A stretch of DNA of 41,930 nt, taken from the sequence record SRR20825010_1537. One strand, given 5' to 3'. Shown here piece by piece: positions 1 through 9,392 of this stretch; position 1 is the stretch's first letter; the number at the start of each line of letters is the position of its first letter. Below the pieces are notes generated by a model, which saw nothing but the letters and a program-made list of their open reading frames with translations, was not told the DNA's origin and searched no databases. The translations under genes and the position numbers were made by a program.

Positions 1-113
1 CCGGGAAATTCAAATTTCTCTGAAATGTAATTGAATTTGTTTTTTGGTCTCTGAACACATAGGACCTGACCTTGACAAAATATAACACCTGCAACAACTT
101 GAACCTTTTTCAT
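1..113 (-). CDS. NUDIX/MutT-family (deoxy)nucleoside triphosphate pyrophosphohydrolase, 5' part (truncated at window edge)
   Basis: Absent from the ORF track. Manual translation from the ATG at 113 gives MKKVQVVAGVIFCQGQVLCVQRPKNKFNYISEKFEFPG, the typical MutT N-terminus leading into the (W/F)EFPGG Nudix box. Confidence 0.85.
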   Translation of the reverse strand, partial: MKKVQVVAGVIFCQGQVLCVQRPKNKFNYISEKFEFP

Positions 114-244
114 TAATGACTTCTATTTCTCACTCAATCTAATAGTTTTTAATTTGATTGAGCGCACCTATAGTATAATTGGATATGGATTTTAATGGAT
201 TTTATAAAATTGCCCAATGATTATGTTAGGAGGGAGATAATAAA

Positions 245-275
245 GAAGGCCATGAATTATTCATCCATGGCCTTC
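245..275 (-). terminator. Rho-independent terminator of the M13 peptidase gene
   Basis: GAAGGCCATG...CATGGCCTTC 10-bp inverted repeat about 20 nt downstream of the stop codon, followed by TTTA on the minus strand. Confidence 0.7.
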
Positions 276-294
276 AACTAGTTTTTTAAAGTTT

Positions 295-2307
295 TTACCA
301 AATCTTGATTCTTTCTTCTACAGGTTTGTAATTGGCATCACCCGGCTGAACATCAAATGCTTCGTAAAAAGGAGTGAAGTTCATTAATGGGCCGTTTACA
401 CGCCACATTGGTGGTGAATGGGAATTCGTTTTTACATAGTTGCGTAAATACTCGTCTCGGGTTTTTACACGCCAAATACGGGCAATGGACATAAAGAAAC
501 GTTGGTCGGGCGTATATCCCTGAATTTTTACAGTGTCTTGTCCTTGCTTGGTTAACTTAAAGGCTTCATAAGCAATGGAGATCCCACCATTATCTGCTGT
601 ATTTTCCCCAACAGATGATTCGCCTATTAAATGCAAACTGTCCAAAACAGTATAAGAGCTGTATCGATCAATGATCTGCTGCGTTTTTGCTTGGAATTTT
701 TTGTAGTCTTCATCCGTCCACCAGTTTTTTACATTTCCATCTTTATCAAACTGAGCGCCTTGATCGTCAAAGGCATGGGTCAATTCGTGGCCAATCACCA
801 TTCCAATACCACCATAATTAATGGCATCATCGGCTTGTAAATCAAAGTAAGGGAATTGTAGAATTCCTGCCGGAAAAACAATCTCATTTTGCGAAGGATT
901 ATAGTAGGCCGTTACTGTCGATGGCGTTGTGCCCCATTCAAATTTGTTAGGGGCTTTATGCAACTTGTCTAAACCATACTTGTAGTCGTTTTGTCTCAAG
1001 GCCACTACATTTTCAAAAAACTTGTCCTTTTCTATGCTTACATTTCCGTAGTCTCTCCAAACATCAGGATAGCCAACCTTCTTAGTAATCGCGTATAATT
1101 TCTCTTTTGCCTGAACTTTCGTTTCGTCACTCATCCAGTCCAATTGATTGATTCTCGTTTCAAAGGCTTTTTGCAGGTTGTTGACCAAATCGGCCACTCT
1201 GGTTTTGGCTTCTTCATTGAAATATCGTGCTACGTATAACTGCCCAAGCGCAAAACCCAGTTGTCTGTCCACTTTATTCACCATGATTTGGGCACGCGGC
1301 TGCTTCACAGCTTGCCCAGAAATGATTTTTGAATATTCGAAAGCAGCAGTTTCAAAAGGCTCACTTAAGATGTTGGCATAATTGGTCAATACATTCGCTT
1401 TTAAATAGGTCTTCCAATCGGCTAAGGGAATTGAAGGAAGCATTGTATTCAGTTTTGCATAGTAGGCAGGTTGACCCACATCGACAGAATCGGCTTCTGC
1501 ACCTAACTCACTTAACAATTTGGACCAGCCAATATTGGGTTGATTTTTATTAAGATTGGCTACGGCCAGTTTGTTGTAATTGGCTTTGACATCTCTACGC
1601 TCGATACGCGTTTTATGCACTTCCGCCAATTGTTTTTCAATGCCATAGGCCGTTGCAGTACTTTGAGCTGCATTCTCATTTCCTGTTAATTCAAACAGTT
1701 TGGTCAAATAGGTCTGATAGGCCTTTTGAATTTCAAGGGTAGATTCGTCCGTTTTAAAGTAATAATCGCGGTCGGGCAAGCCAAGGCCAGTCTGGCCAAA
1801 ATGCAACATGTTTACGCTGCTGTTTTGATCGTCTGGAGAAACCCCCATACTGATCATTGAACCATTTCCTGATTTGAACTCATTGGCAACAAACTGCATC
1901 AATGCCGGAACTGAGTTGATGGCGTTGATTTGATCTAACAAAGGTTGAATGGGCTTAAAACCACGTTCGTTGATGAGCGCGGTATTCATTCCTGAATTAT
2001 AAAAGTCGCCCACCATTTGATCAGCGCTGCCTTTTTCATGAGTTCCGCTGGAAACCTCTACTAAGATATTCTCTAAAAGCTTTTTCTGAGGAATATTTAA
2101 GAAGCTATAAGAACCAACTCCAGCTTGGTCGTCCGCAATGACAGCGTTATCGTACCAAGTTTTATTGACATGGAGGAAAAAGTTGTCACCTGGTTTTATT
2201 GAGTTATCAATTCCATCGAAATCGAATTTATTGGTTTCAGCCACTTTTTCCTTGTCGCAGGAAACAAATGTAAACAGGGCTAATGTGAGGTAAAGTAGTT
2301 TTTTCAT
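295..2307 (-). CDS. M13 family (neprilysin/PepO-like) zinc metallopeptidase, lipoprotein
   Basis: HELTH zinc motif, GENTADNGG, TAYYNP and HSPP motifs; lipobox FVSC. Start moved to the ATG at 2307 (MKKLLYL), which begins the signal peptide. Confidence 0.95.
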   Translation of the reverse strand: MKKLLYLTLALFTFVSCDKEKVAETNKFDFDGIDNSIKPGDNFFLHVNKTWYDNAVIADDQAGVGSYSFLNIPQKKLLENILVEVSSGTHEKGSADQMVGDFYNSGMNTALINERGFKPIQPLLDQINAINSVPALMQFVANEFKSGNGSMISMGVSPDDQNSSVNMLHFGQTGLGLPDRDYYFKTDESTLEIQKAYQTYLTKLFELTGNENAAQSTATAYGIEKQLAEVHKTRIERRDVKANYNKLAVANLNKNQPNIGWSKLLSELGAEADSVDVGQPAYYAKLNTMLPSIPLADWKTYLKANVLTNYANILSEPFETAAFEYSKIISGQAVKQPRAQIMVNKVDRQLGFALGQLYVARYFNEEAKTRVADLVNNLQKAFETRINQLDWMSDETKVQAKEKLYAITKKVGYPDVWRDYGNVSIEKDKFFENVVALRQNDYKYGLDKLHKAPNKFEWGTTPSTVTAYYNPSQNEIVFPAGILQFPYFDLQADDAINYGGIGMVIGHELTHAFDDQGAQFDKDGNVKNWWTDEDYKKFQAKTQQIIDRYSSYTVLDSLHLIGESSVGENTADNGGISIAYEAFKLTKQGQDTVKIQGYTPDQRFFMSIARIWRVKTRDEYLRNYVKTNSHSPPMWRVNGPLMNFTPFYEAFDVQPGDANYKPVEERIKIW

Positions 2308-2718
2308 AAGGTTGTTGTGGTTTCTGAATGAAGGCAAACAGCATATCGTTTACTCTTCCATCAAATGATCATTCAATCTAATATTTTTAATTCGATTGGA
2401 AGAACCTACTGTGTAAATGGGAGTTGTCGTTCTATCTTAGGTGGAGACATCACAAACAAGGTCGAAACAACCCAATACCTTGGGTCTTTGTGTTCAATAG
2501 GCTCAATTTCGGTTTCCTCTATTTTGTTCAGGGGCTTTTTGAAATGTACTTTGATAAGGTTAAGTGTGGAAGCATAACTAATGACCGTACTCAGGCAATA
2601 GCGTTAAACCTTAACTATTTCAATAAAATGCGCAATCCTGATTATCATGAATTTAACAATATTAGACCTTAGACTAAATAATGAATTTGGTTATGTTGCC
2701 TTTAATCAATTGTCAGAA

Positions 2719-3648
2719 TTAATTACCTAAGATGTCGAGAACCCTTAAATCTTCATCGTTTAAATAACTAAAAGTGTCACTCCGAATTTGGTTTCTTTGA
2801 ACTTGTTGAGAGGGATGGGCCTTATGGACATAATAACTTTGAACCATAGCCCTCGGATTTCCAGTGACATTTGCTGTTCCACTATGCCAAATGTGTGAAT
2901 TCAAAAAAAGCACATCTCCTGCTTTGGCTGTAATTTGAATCTCTTTAGGATGTGTTGATTTAAGATCCTGCATATCTTCGGAAGGAATCTTCGCCCATTT
3001 ATGTGAACCTGGAATAAGTCTTGTTGGACCATTCGACTCATCCATATCATCCAATAACCAAAGAGCATTACATGCGTAAGATTCCTCAGATCCTACCGCC
3101 CATGGCCAGTCTACATGCATATCCTGAGGTGTATTGTTTCGCTGAGGTGACCGAATGTTAAGAGATGAGAGTTTAAATTCTTCACCCACGACATTTGTGA
3201 CGGCTTCTAATATTAATGGATGTCGATAAAAAATTGAAAAAATTTCCCCTTTGTTTACGAGGTCACAAACCCTTTGATCCTTTGAATCAAATTGTTCGCG
3301 GATTGCAATAAGCATTTGTCTGATTTCTAGTTTCCAGGAATTTCGACCATTATAGTAAGCAGACTTTGACTGAATGGAGATTCGGCTCAAGGGTAAAAAT
3401 GAACAAATGAATTTGAGGATTGTGTAAAACAAATCAAAACCCCATAATCTAAAATTTGAATTCTGTTTGATCAGATCTTCCCTAATCTTAGAGTAACCAT
3501 ATTCACCTACCCTAGGCCCCTCATGGCGCCTTATTTCAATCAATCGCTGCTTTAATTCCCGTATTTTTTCAGAATCAAGAAGACCTTTAATTATTAAATA
3601 CCCATTGATTTCAAGAAACTCCCGCTGTTGAGGTGATAGGCTATCCAT
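2719..3648 (-). CDS. Phytanoyl-CoA dioxygenase (PhyH) family Fe(II)/2-oxoglutarate dioxygenase
   Basis: N-terminal 'FLEINGYLII', HVD iron-binding motif, 'NGPTRLIPGSH', distal 'IWHSG' His and an Arg for 2-OG binding. Confidence 0.85.
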   Translation of the reverse strand: MDSLSPQQREFLEINGYLIIKGLLDSEKIRELKQRLIEIRRHEGPRVGEYGYSKIREDLIKQNSNFRLWGFDLFYTILKFICSFLPLSRISIQSKSAYYNGRNSWKLEIRQMLIAIREQFDSKDQRVCDLVNKGEIFSIFYRHPLILEAVTNVVGEEFKLSSLNIRSPQRNNTPQDMHVDWPWAVGSEESYACNALWLLDDMDESNGPTRLIPGSHKWAKIPSEDMQDLKSTHPKEIQITAKAGDVLFLNSHIWHSGTANVTGNPRAMVQSYYVHKAHPSQQVQRNQIRSDTFSYLNDEDLRVLDILGN

Positions 3649-3716
3649 ATATGTGGCGTTTAATTTAACTGGTATGTAACTAATTCTAAAAATGACCCAA
3701 ACTACTTCTCTGCCTT

Positions 3717-3736
3717 TGTTGGTGTTGTCACCAACA
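3717..3736. repeat. REP-like short palindrome
   Basis: TGTTGGTG-TTGT-CACCAACA perfect 8-bp stem in intergenic DNA; a degenerate inverted copy lies at 2446-2459. Confidence 0.45.
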
Positions 3737-3775
3737 TGGGCTTAGAGTAGTGTTTGATTGGGTAGAGGAAAAGGA

Positions 3776-4648
3776 CTAATATTTATCCAATTCGCCATTG
3801 AGCCATGCCCAAAGCCTGCGGAGGCCTTTTTTAGGAGCTTGCTTTTTAACAGATGCTTTGGTGGCTTTTTTTGGTTGTTCAGTAGCTTGGGTAGCTTCTG
3901 ATTTTTCCTTCTTTTTCTTTACGGCTTTCGCTTTTAATTTGGCTTGCACTTTTTCCTTGTAGTGCTTTTCTTTCAACGCTTTAATGCGTTTTTCTTCTGC
4001 CAATTTCTTTTGCTTGGCTTCTTTTTCTTTTTTTCTTCTCTCCAGCTCAACAGAGTTAGGTCTTGTGCGTTGGTTTTGCCTTTTACGGTCGTGGGTAGGA
4101 GTGTTTCTATGCTGTATGGCCTTACGTGCTTGCGGCTTTTTAGTCGTTTCTTCTGTCTCTTCTGGCTTGGCTTTTTCCTTCACTTTGGGTTCGGGTAAAT
4201 CAATTTTACCCACTACTTTTAAACCCTCTAGTTGTAGTTTAGGTGCTTTAATCAATTCAACGTCCTTGTGCTTTTCTTGCGCTTCTTTTTCTAAGCTATA
4301 AACCTTAGGCGCTTCTTTTACTTCTTCTAACCTTATTTTGGTCACTTCTTTTGGTGCTTCTTCCACGGCTTCGGGCGCAACAACTTCTTCAGTCGGAATC
4401 TCTACTTCTTCTACAACTTCTAACGGTACTTCAATGGCTTCAACTACCTCAGCGGTTTCTTTTTGTGGGGCTGCCTTTGGCTCTATGGGTTCTTTAGGCA
4501 TCGGAACGATAGAAAGAATAAGGCTTTCCTGTTCTTCGGTGAGTTTAAAATTAGGGTCGTTTTCAATTTCATGCCCATTTTTGGATAAAATACCGATTAA
4601 TTGCTTGGGCTGAACTTGGAGTTTACGGGCTAATTGTCTGAGGCGCAT
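3776..4648 (-). CDS. Hypothetical protein with an IF-2 N-terminal-like domain, charged low-complexity body and amphipathic C-terminus
   Basis: MRLRQLARKLQVQPKQLIGILSKNGHEIENDPNFKLTEEQ resembles IF2_N, and LKVVGKIDL resembles the Bacteroidota IF-2 linker motif. No G-domain. The start at 4648 is supported by a TATATTTG -7 box at 4667-4674. Confidence 0.75.
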   Translation of the reverse strand: MRLRQLARKLQVQPKQLIGILSKNGHEIENDPNFKLTEEQESLILSIVPMPKEPIEPKAAPQKETAEVVEAIEVPLEVVEEVEIPTEEVVAPEAVEEAPKEVTKIRLEEVKEAPKVYSLEKEAQEKHKDVELIKAPKLQLEGLKVVGKIDLPEPKVKEKAKPEETEETTKKPQARKAIQHRNTPTHDRKRQNQRTRPNSVELERRKKEKEAKQKKLAEEKRIKALKEKHYKEKVQAKLKAKAVKKKKEKSEATQATEQPKKATKASVKKQAPKKGLRRLWAWLNGELDKY

Positions 4649-4666
4649 TGTATTGATTTGAGCTTG

Positions 4667-4674
4667 CAAATATA
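4667..4674 (-). promoter_or_regulatory. Bacteroidota primary-sigma -7 box
   Basis: TATATTTG on the minus strand matches TAnnTTTG, 19 nt upstream of ATG 4648. Confidence 0.6.
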
Positions 4675-4947
4675 GTAAAGTGCCTTGCGGTAATGAAAAA
4701 ATTATAGGAGTAGTTCTTGTTAAGCTGAAAATATAGAAGTATTTGATGGCGATAAATGGAGGTAGAGGTTCAGTTTAGAGTCTTCTACATTAGAAATGTA
4801 AGACATTCGTTTGTCTCCCAATCGGAAGTACCAGTTTTACCATTCGTGTATAAATTGCCTTTCTAGTCCATTTTCTGAACATAATTCAAACAGTTCTCAT
4901 TGTAGTTCTGTTATATAATTTGAACCTTTGAACTAGAATTAAACGAA

Positions 4948-5538
4948 ATGGATATGATGAAAAAACAGATCAATGGAATGCTGCTAATTTGTGCAGTTGC
5001 AGCCATTACTTTTGGGTGTTCTCAAAGCAAAGAGAAATCTGAGGAAAACTCAGATTCAGCTACTGAAATGGCGGCCGAACCTATGAAGAGCGTTAGTATA
5101 GATTTACAAAGTAAAAATGATAGCAACCTAAAAGGAACGGTTGTATTTAAAGAATTGACCAACGGAAATATCAATTTAGATGTAAGTCTAATGAACATAG
5201 AGCCGGGTAACCACGCGGTACATATTCATGCTATTGGCGATTGCTCAGCAGCAGATGGTACTTCGGCTGGAGGCCACTGGAACCCAATGGGTGTAGATCA
5301 CGGAAACAGGGCTGAAGGTGGTGACTTTCACAAAGGCGACATCGGTAACCTTATGGTTGGTGAAGATGGAAACGGATCACTATCAATGGAAGTGGAAGGC
5401 TGGACAATTGGAGGAGATGATAACTCAAACATTTTGAACAAAGCGGTAATTGTACATGCTGGTATAGATGACTTCACTTCTCAACCGTCAGGTGCTGCAG
5501 GTCCAAGAATTGGATGTGGAGTAATTGCAATGAATTAA
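4948..5538 (+). CDS. sodC: Cu/Zn superoxide dismutase, lipoprotein
   Basis: All ligand motifs are present: HAVHIH, GDCS, GGHWNP, DHG, FHKGD, IVHAG, PRIGCG; lipobox TFGC. Confidence 0.95.
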   Translation: MDMMKKQINGMLLICAVAAITFGCSQSKEKSEENSDSATEMAAEPMKSVSIDLQSKNDSNLKGTVVFKELTNGNINLDVSLMNIEPGNHAVHIHAIGDCSAADGTSAGGHWNPMGVDHGNRAEGGDFHKGDIGNLMVGEDGNGSLSMEVEGWTIGGDDNSNILNKAVIVHAGIDDFTSQPSGAAGPRIGCGVIAMN

Positions 5539-5560
5539 ACACAAAAAAAACTTTATGTTG

Positions 5561-5593
5561 AAAGAGCTTAGATTTTATCTGAGCTCTTTTTTT
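5561..5593 (+). terminator. Rho-independent terminator after sodC
   Basis: AAAGAGCTTAGAT-TTT-ATCTGAGCTCTTT hairpin followed by a T run. Confidence 0.85.
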
Positions 5594-5656
5594 ATGCCTT
5601 TTATATTGATTTAACATAAATTATAGACCCGAACGCCAATTTAATTAGGGGTAATT

Positions 5657-5686
5657 GCAACCTTCCTTCTGTTATTACGACTTACA
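5657..5686 (+). promoter_or_regulatory. Putative ECF-sigma promoter of the TonB receptor operon
   Basis: GCAACC -35 and CGACTTA -10, with AAC-N16-CGA spacing. Confidence 0.5.
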
Positions 5687-5805
5687 CATAGAATTATTTT
5701 TTAATGCATCTAAGTGTATTGATCATTTCGATCGTCATTAAGGTGGTTAGGCTATTTAAGGTCTAATTTTTAAAACAAACAACAGGTCAAAACTCTAAAT
5801 TAATT

Positions 5806-8160
5806 ATGCGCAAATTTTTACTTACGGCATGTGTCGTATTGTGTTCTGTTTTAGCATCCGCTCAGGAAAAGGTCACCTTGAACGGGTATGTACGAGACGC
5901 TTCCAATGGAGAGGAGCTACTCGGAGTCACGGTTTTAGTAGTCGAAATTGGGAATGGAGTCATTTCCAATAATTACGGATTCTATTCTATAACCCTAGCA
6001 CCTGGTAACTATACTGTGAAGTACAGCTTCATTGGTTATCAGACGATTGAAAAGAAGATTACCCTGGACAAGGATATAGAATTGAATATTGCCCTTCCAG
6101 AAGAATTCACTGAATTGGAAGAAGTGGTCGTTACAGGCGAAAGCCCGATCGCCAATGTGTCCAGCATTCAGATGAGTCGGAACGACTTGGATATTAAACA
6201 GGTGAAGAAACTCCCAGCCCTTTTTGGTGAGCCTGATATTATCAAAACCATTCAGATGCTTCCTGGGGTGATTTCCGCTGGAGAAGGCACTTCCAGCTTC
6301 TTTGTTCGTGGGGGAAGTGCAGATCAGAATTTGATTTTGATTGATGAAGCTCCAGTGTATGACCCTTCGCACTTGTTCGGTCTATTTTCGGTATTCAATG
6401 CTGATATCATCAAGGATTCGGAGCTGTATAAAGGTGGAATACCATCTCGTTTTGGAGGAAGGCTTTCTTCCATTTTGGATGTAAGAACTCGTGACGGGAA
6501 CAATAAGGAATTTGAAGGAGAAGCAGGAATTGGCCTTTTGGCCAGTAGTATTTCGGTGGAAGGGCCAATTAAGAAAGACGAAAGCTCTTATTTACTTTCG
6601 GTACGCAGGTCATATGTCGATCTATTTTTAAGGGCGGCCAACAACGATAACTTGGTTTACTTTTACGATATCAACGCCAAGGTGAATTGGAGAGCGAACA
6701 ATAAGAACCGTTTCTTTTTGTCCGTCTATTCAGGGCGAGATGATTTTTCTTTTGGTGAAGATTTTGGCTTTGACTGGGGGAACAAGACCGCCACTTTTCG
6801 TTGGAACCACCTATTTAGCGACAAGTTGTTCTCAAACACTTCCCTTATCGCTTCAAGCTTTGACTACGGTTTAGGTATTGAAGACCCTGTACAAGGGATT
6901 CGCTGGGATTCCAACTTGCAGGAATACAGTTTCAAAAATGATTTCAATTACTTTGCCAGCCCACAATTTGAATTGGATTTTGGTTATCACTTAACTTATA
7001 AGCGGTTTGCGCCAGGGAAAATCACTCCTTCGAGTGATGAATCTATTTTTAAAGCTACTGAATTGCAACATGAATATGCTTTAGATCATGCCTTTTACCT
7101 TGGTGCACAACATGAGCTTTCCCAAAAACTTACGATGACCTATGGTGCTAGGCTATCAGTTTTTCAGAGTATAGGAAAGGGTGATGTGTATTTGTATGAA
7201 AATCCAAAGGACAACATAGACCCCACTAGAACTGATACGCTTTCTTTCAAAAGTTTCCAGCCTATCAAAACCTATGTAAACATTGAACCACGATTTTCAA
7301 TGCGCTATATGCTGAATGAATCAAGTTCCATGAAGATGAGCTATAATAGAATGGTTCAGAATACGCATTTGATTTCGAGTGGAACAGTGCCACTACCATT
7401 CAATACTTGGGCACCAAGCAGCTATTACCTCAAACCACAGGTGGCCGATCAGGTGGCAATAGGCTACTTCAAAAACCTAAATGATAACATGTATGAGTTT
7501 TCTGCGGAGGCTTATTACAAGAAGATGGATAACGTTACTGATTTTGCTGATAACGCTCAGGTTTTCTTCAATACTGACTTGAGTACTGAATATCGCCAAG
7601 GAGAAGGAGAGGCTTACGGTTTAGAGTTATTCTTGCAGAAAAAGGAGGGAGCACTTACTGGGTTTATTGCTTATACTTTATCGAAAACCGAGCGTACAAT
7701 CAATGGTGTTAACTTGAGTGAAACCTTTTTAGCAAACTACGACAGACGACACAGCTTAAACATGCTAGCCACTTATGACTACAGTGATAAGTGGTCTTTT
7801 GGTGGAGGTTTTACCTATGGAACTGGAAGACCAACTACCATTCCCTCGGGCACATACGAATGGGGTGATGGATATTCTGCCGATGTAATTACCGAAAGAA
7901 ATGGGTACAATTTGCCAGCATTCCACAGGCTTGATTTGAGTGCTACTTTAACACCGAAATCTAATGCACACAAGAAGTGGAAGACCTCTTGGGTATTCTC
8001 TTTATACAATGCCTATAGTCGTAAAAACCCATTTTCGTTGTACACCCGTGTGAAACAAGACGATGATGGAAATATCATTGGTGATGGGAATGAGAAGGAA
8101 GCTCGAATGATCTATCTGTTCCCCATTCTTCCTTCAGTTACTTACAATATCAAATTTTAA
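5806..8160 (+). CDS. TonB-dependent receptor with carboxypeptidase-regulatory-like N-domain
   Basis: Signal peptide, 'LEEVVVTG' TonB-box region, plug motifs 'LPGV' and 'VRGGSADQNL', C-terminal YNIKF beta-barrel signal. Confidence 0.92.
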   Translation: MRKFLLTACVVLCSVLASAQEKVTLNGYVRDASNGEELLGVTVLVVEIGNGVISNNYGFYSITLAPGNYTVKYSFIGYQTIEKKITLDKDIELNIALPEEFTELEEVVVTGESPIANVSSIQMSRNDLDIKQVKKLPALFGEPDIIKTIQMLPGVISAGEGTSSFFVRGGSADQNLILIDEAPVYDPSHLFGLFSVFNADIIKDSELYKGGIPSRFGGRLSSILDVRTRDGNNKEFEGEAGIGLLASSISVEGPIKKDESSYLLSVRRSYVDLFLRAANNDNLVYFYDINAKVNWRANNKNRFFLSVYSGRDDFSFGEDFGFDWGNKTATFRWNHLFSDKLFSNTSLIASSFDYGLGIEDPVQGIRWDSNLQEYSFKNDFNYFASPQFELDFGYHLTYKRFAPGKITPSSDESIFKATELQHEYALDHAFYLGAQHELSQKLTMTYGARLSVFQSIGKGDVYLYENPKDNIDPTRTDTLSFKSFQPIKTYVNIEPRFSMRYMLNESSSMKMSYNRMVQNTHLISSGTVPLPFNTWAPSSYYLKPQVADQVAIGYFKNLNDNMYEFSAEAYYKKMDNVTDFADNAQVFFNTDLSTEYRQGEGEAYGLELFLQKKEGALTGFIAYTLSKTERTINGVNLSETFLANYDRRHSLNMLATYDYSDKWSFGGGFTYGTGRPTTIPSGTYEWGDGYSADVITERNGYNLPAFHRLDLSATLTPKSNAHKKWKTSWVFSLYNAYSRKNPFSLYTRVKQDDDGNIIGDGNEKEARMIYLFPILPSVTYNIKF

Positions 8161-8176
8161 TCGAAGTCATATTAAG

Positions 8177-9022
8177 ATGAAAAATCTATATAAATACATT
8201 CTTTTTACGCTGTCTGTTTTCTTCGTTTCCTGTGAAGAAACCATCAATATCGATACTATTGCTTCTGAACCACGTGTGGTGATTGATGGGCTGTTAACTA
8301 ATAATTCTGAGCTCAATTTTATCAAGCTGAGTTATACAAGAGGCTTTTATTCTCTAGACCCAAACCCAGCCATTACTGACGCGGTAGTTACTGTGACTGA
8401 TGATGCCGATAATGAGGTTATTTATGTCCATAATCCCAATAATGACCCTTCTAAGAAAGGTGTATATTTCCCTCAAACACCCTACGCTGGCAGTATTTGG
8501 ACAACTTATCACCTTAAAGCGATAGTAGATGGGGTGGACTATACGGCCTCTGAAACCATGCAGCCCGTGACCAAAATTGACTCACTTGTAGTGACTATTG
8601 ATGAAGAAGTTAAGGATGACCCAGAAGAGGAGGGGAGATTTTATGAAATTCTGTTTTATGCCAGAGAACCTCAGGATAGGGTTGATCACTACCTTTTTAA
8701 ATTTTACAGAAACGGAGCGACAATTCGGGACTTTGAAGGAGATATCTATTTCGCGGACGATGATTTTTTGGGCGAGGCCATCAGCGGAATACCAACAGCC
8801 AGTTATTATAAACTGGGGGAATATGCCAAAGTGGAAATGTATGGCATTACTCGTGAGGCCTTTATTTACTACAATGATTTATCTAACCTGCTCAATAATG
8901 ATGGAGGAATGTTCTCTCCACCTCCAGCGAACCCAAGGACCAACTTATCCAGTGGAGCATTTGGTTACTTTCAGGTAAGCGCTGTAGATGTGATGGAAGT
9001 CGAAGTGAAAGAACCCAATTAA
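8177..9022 (+). CDS. DUF4249-family lipoprotein
   Basis: Lipobox FVSC, 'PRVVIDGLLT' and C-terminal 'PANPRTNLSSGAFGYF'; canonical partner immediately downstream of this TonB receptor class. Confidence 0.85.
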   Translation: MKNLYKYILFTLSVFFVSCEETINIDTIASEPRVVIDGLLTNNSELNFIKLSYTRGFYSLDPNPAITDAVVTVTDDADNEVIYVHNPNNDPSKKGVYFPQTPYAGSIWTTYHLKAIVDGVDYTASETMQPVTKIDSLVVTIDEEVKDDPEEEGRFYEILFYAREPQDRVDHYLFKFYRNGATIRDFEGDIYFADDDFLGEAISGIPTASYYKLGEYAKVEMYGITREAFIYYNDLSNLLNNDGGMFSPPPANPRTNLSSGAFGYFQVSAVDVMEVEVKEPN

Positions 9023-9048
9023 GAAATCAGTAGCTTCAAGCAGTAAAT

Positions 9049-9083
9049 AAAATGGGACTCCCTGACAGGGAAGTCCCATTTTT
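9049..9083 (+). terminator. Rho-independent terminator
   Basis: AAAATGGGACT...AGTCCCATTTT inverted repeat with an inner CCCTG/CAGGG stem. Confidence 0.85.
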
Positions 9084-9334
9084 GGTTCAATACATTTAGG
9101 TGATAGTTCGAACCAATGGAATAAACTCTTTTGGTGAATTAGGGAGTCTCATCCTTATGCTTCTAATCCCAACATATACATACTTGGAAACCACCGAAGC
9201 TGGATCTAGCTGTTTCATTTTTTCCTTCAATGTGTTGGATTATCCTACACCTTGAAGTGTATTTCATCACTGATGTCTAATTGTGATGATGTTTAAGTTG
9301 TTGTATATCAGTTGATTGATTTTTGTTGATCTTA

Positions 9335-9350
9335 TGGCATATCTTTTTCA
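9335..9350 (+). promoter_or_regulatory. Putative sigma54 (-24/-12)-like promoter
   Basis: TGGCATATCTTTTTCA versus consensus TGGCACGnnnnTTGCA (the -12 is imperfect); an upstream near-palindrome lies at 9232-9250. Confidence 0.45.
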
Positions 9351-9392
9351 ATAAAGAGGTCAAAACAATTAATTCAATAAAATTATAAAGTT

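Noticed and set aside
2365-2672. Two short + strand ORFs in the gap between the M13 and PhyH genes
   Set aside because: They overlap each other, have no family features and run across the REP-like sequence; probably non-coding.
3776-4648. Calling this gene infB or an infB pseudogene
   Set aside because: It has no GTPase domain, no downstream remnant and no nusA/rimP context. It has a clean ORF, a promoter and a distinct C-terminus.
4760-4820. Overlapping alternative hairpins upstream of sodC (possible riboswitch or sRNA)
   Set aside because: The stems are short and AT-rich, match no riboswitch consensus I recognise, and lie upstream of the putative sodC promoter.
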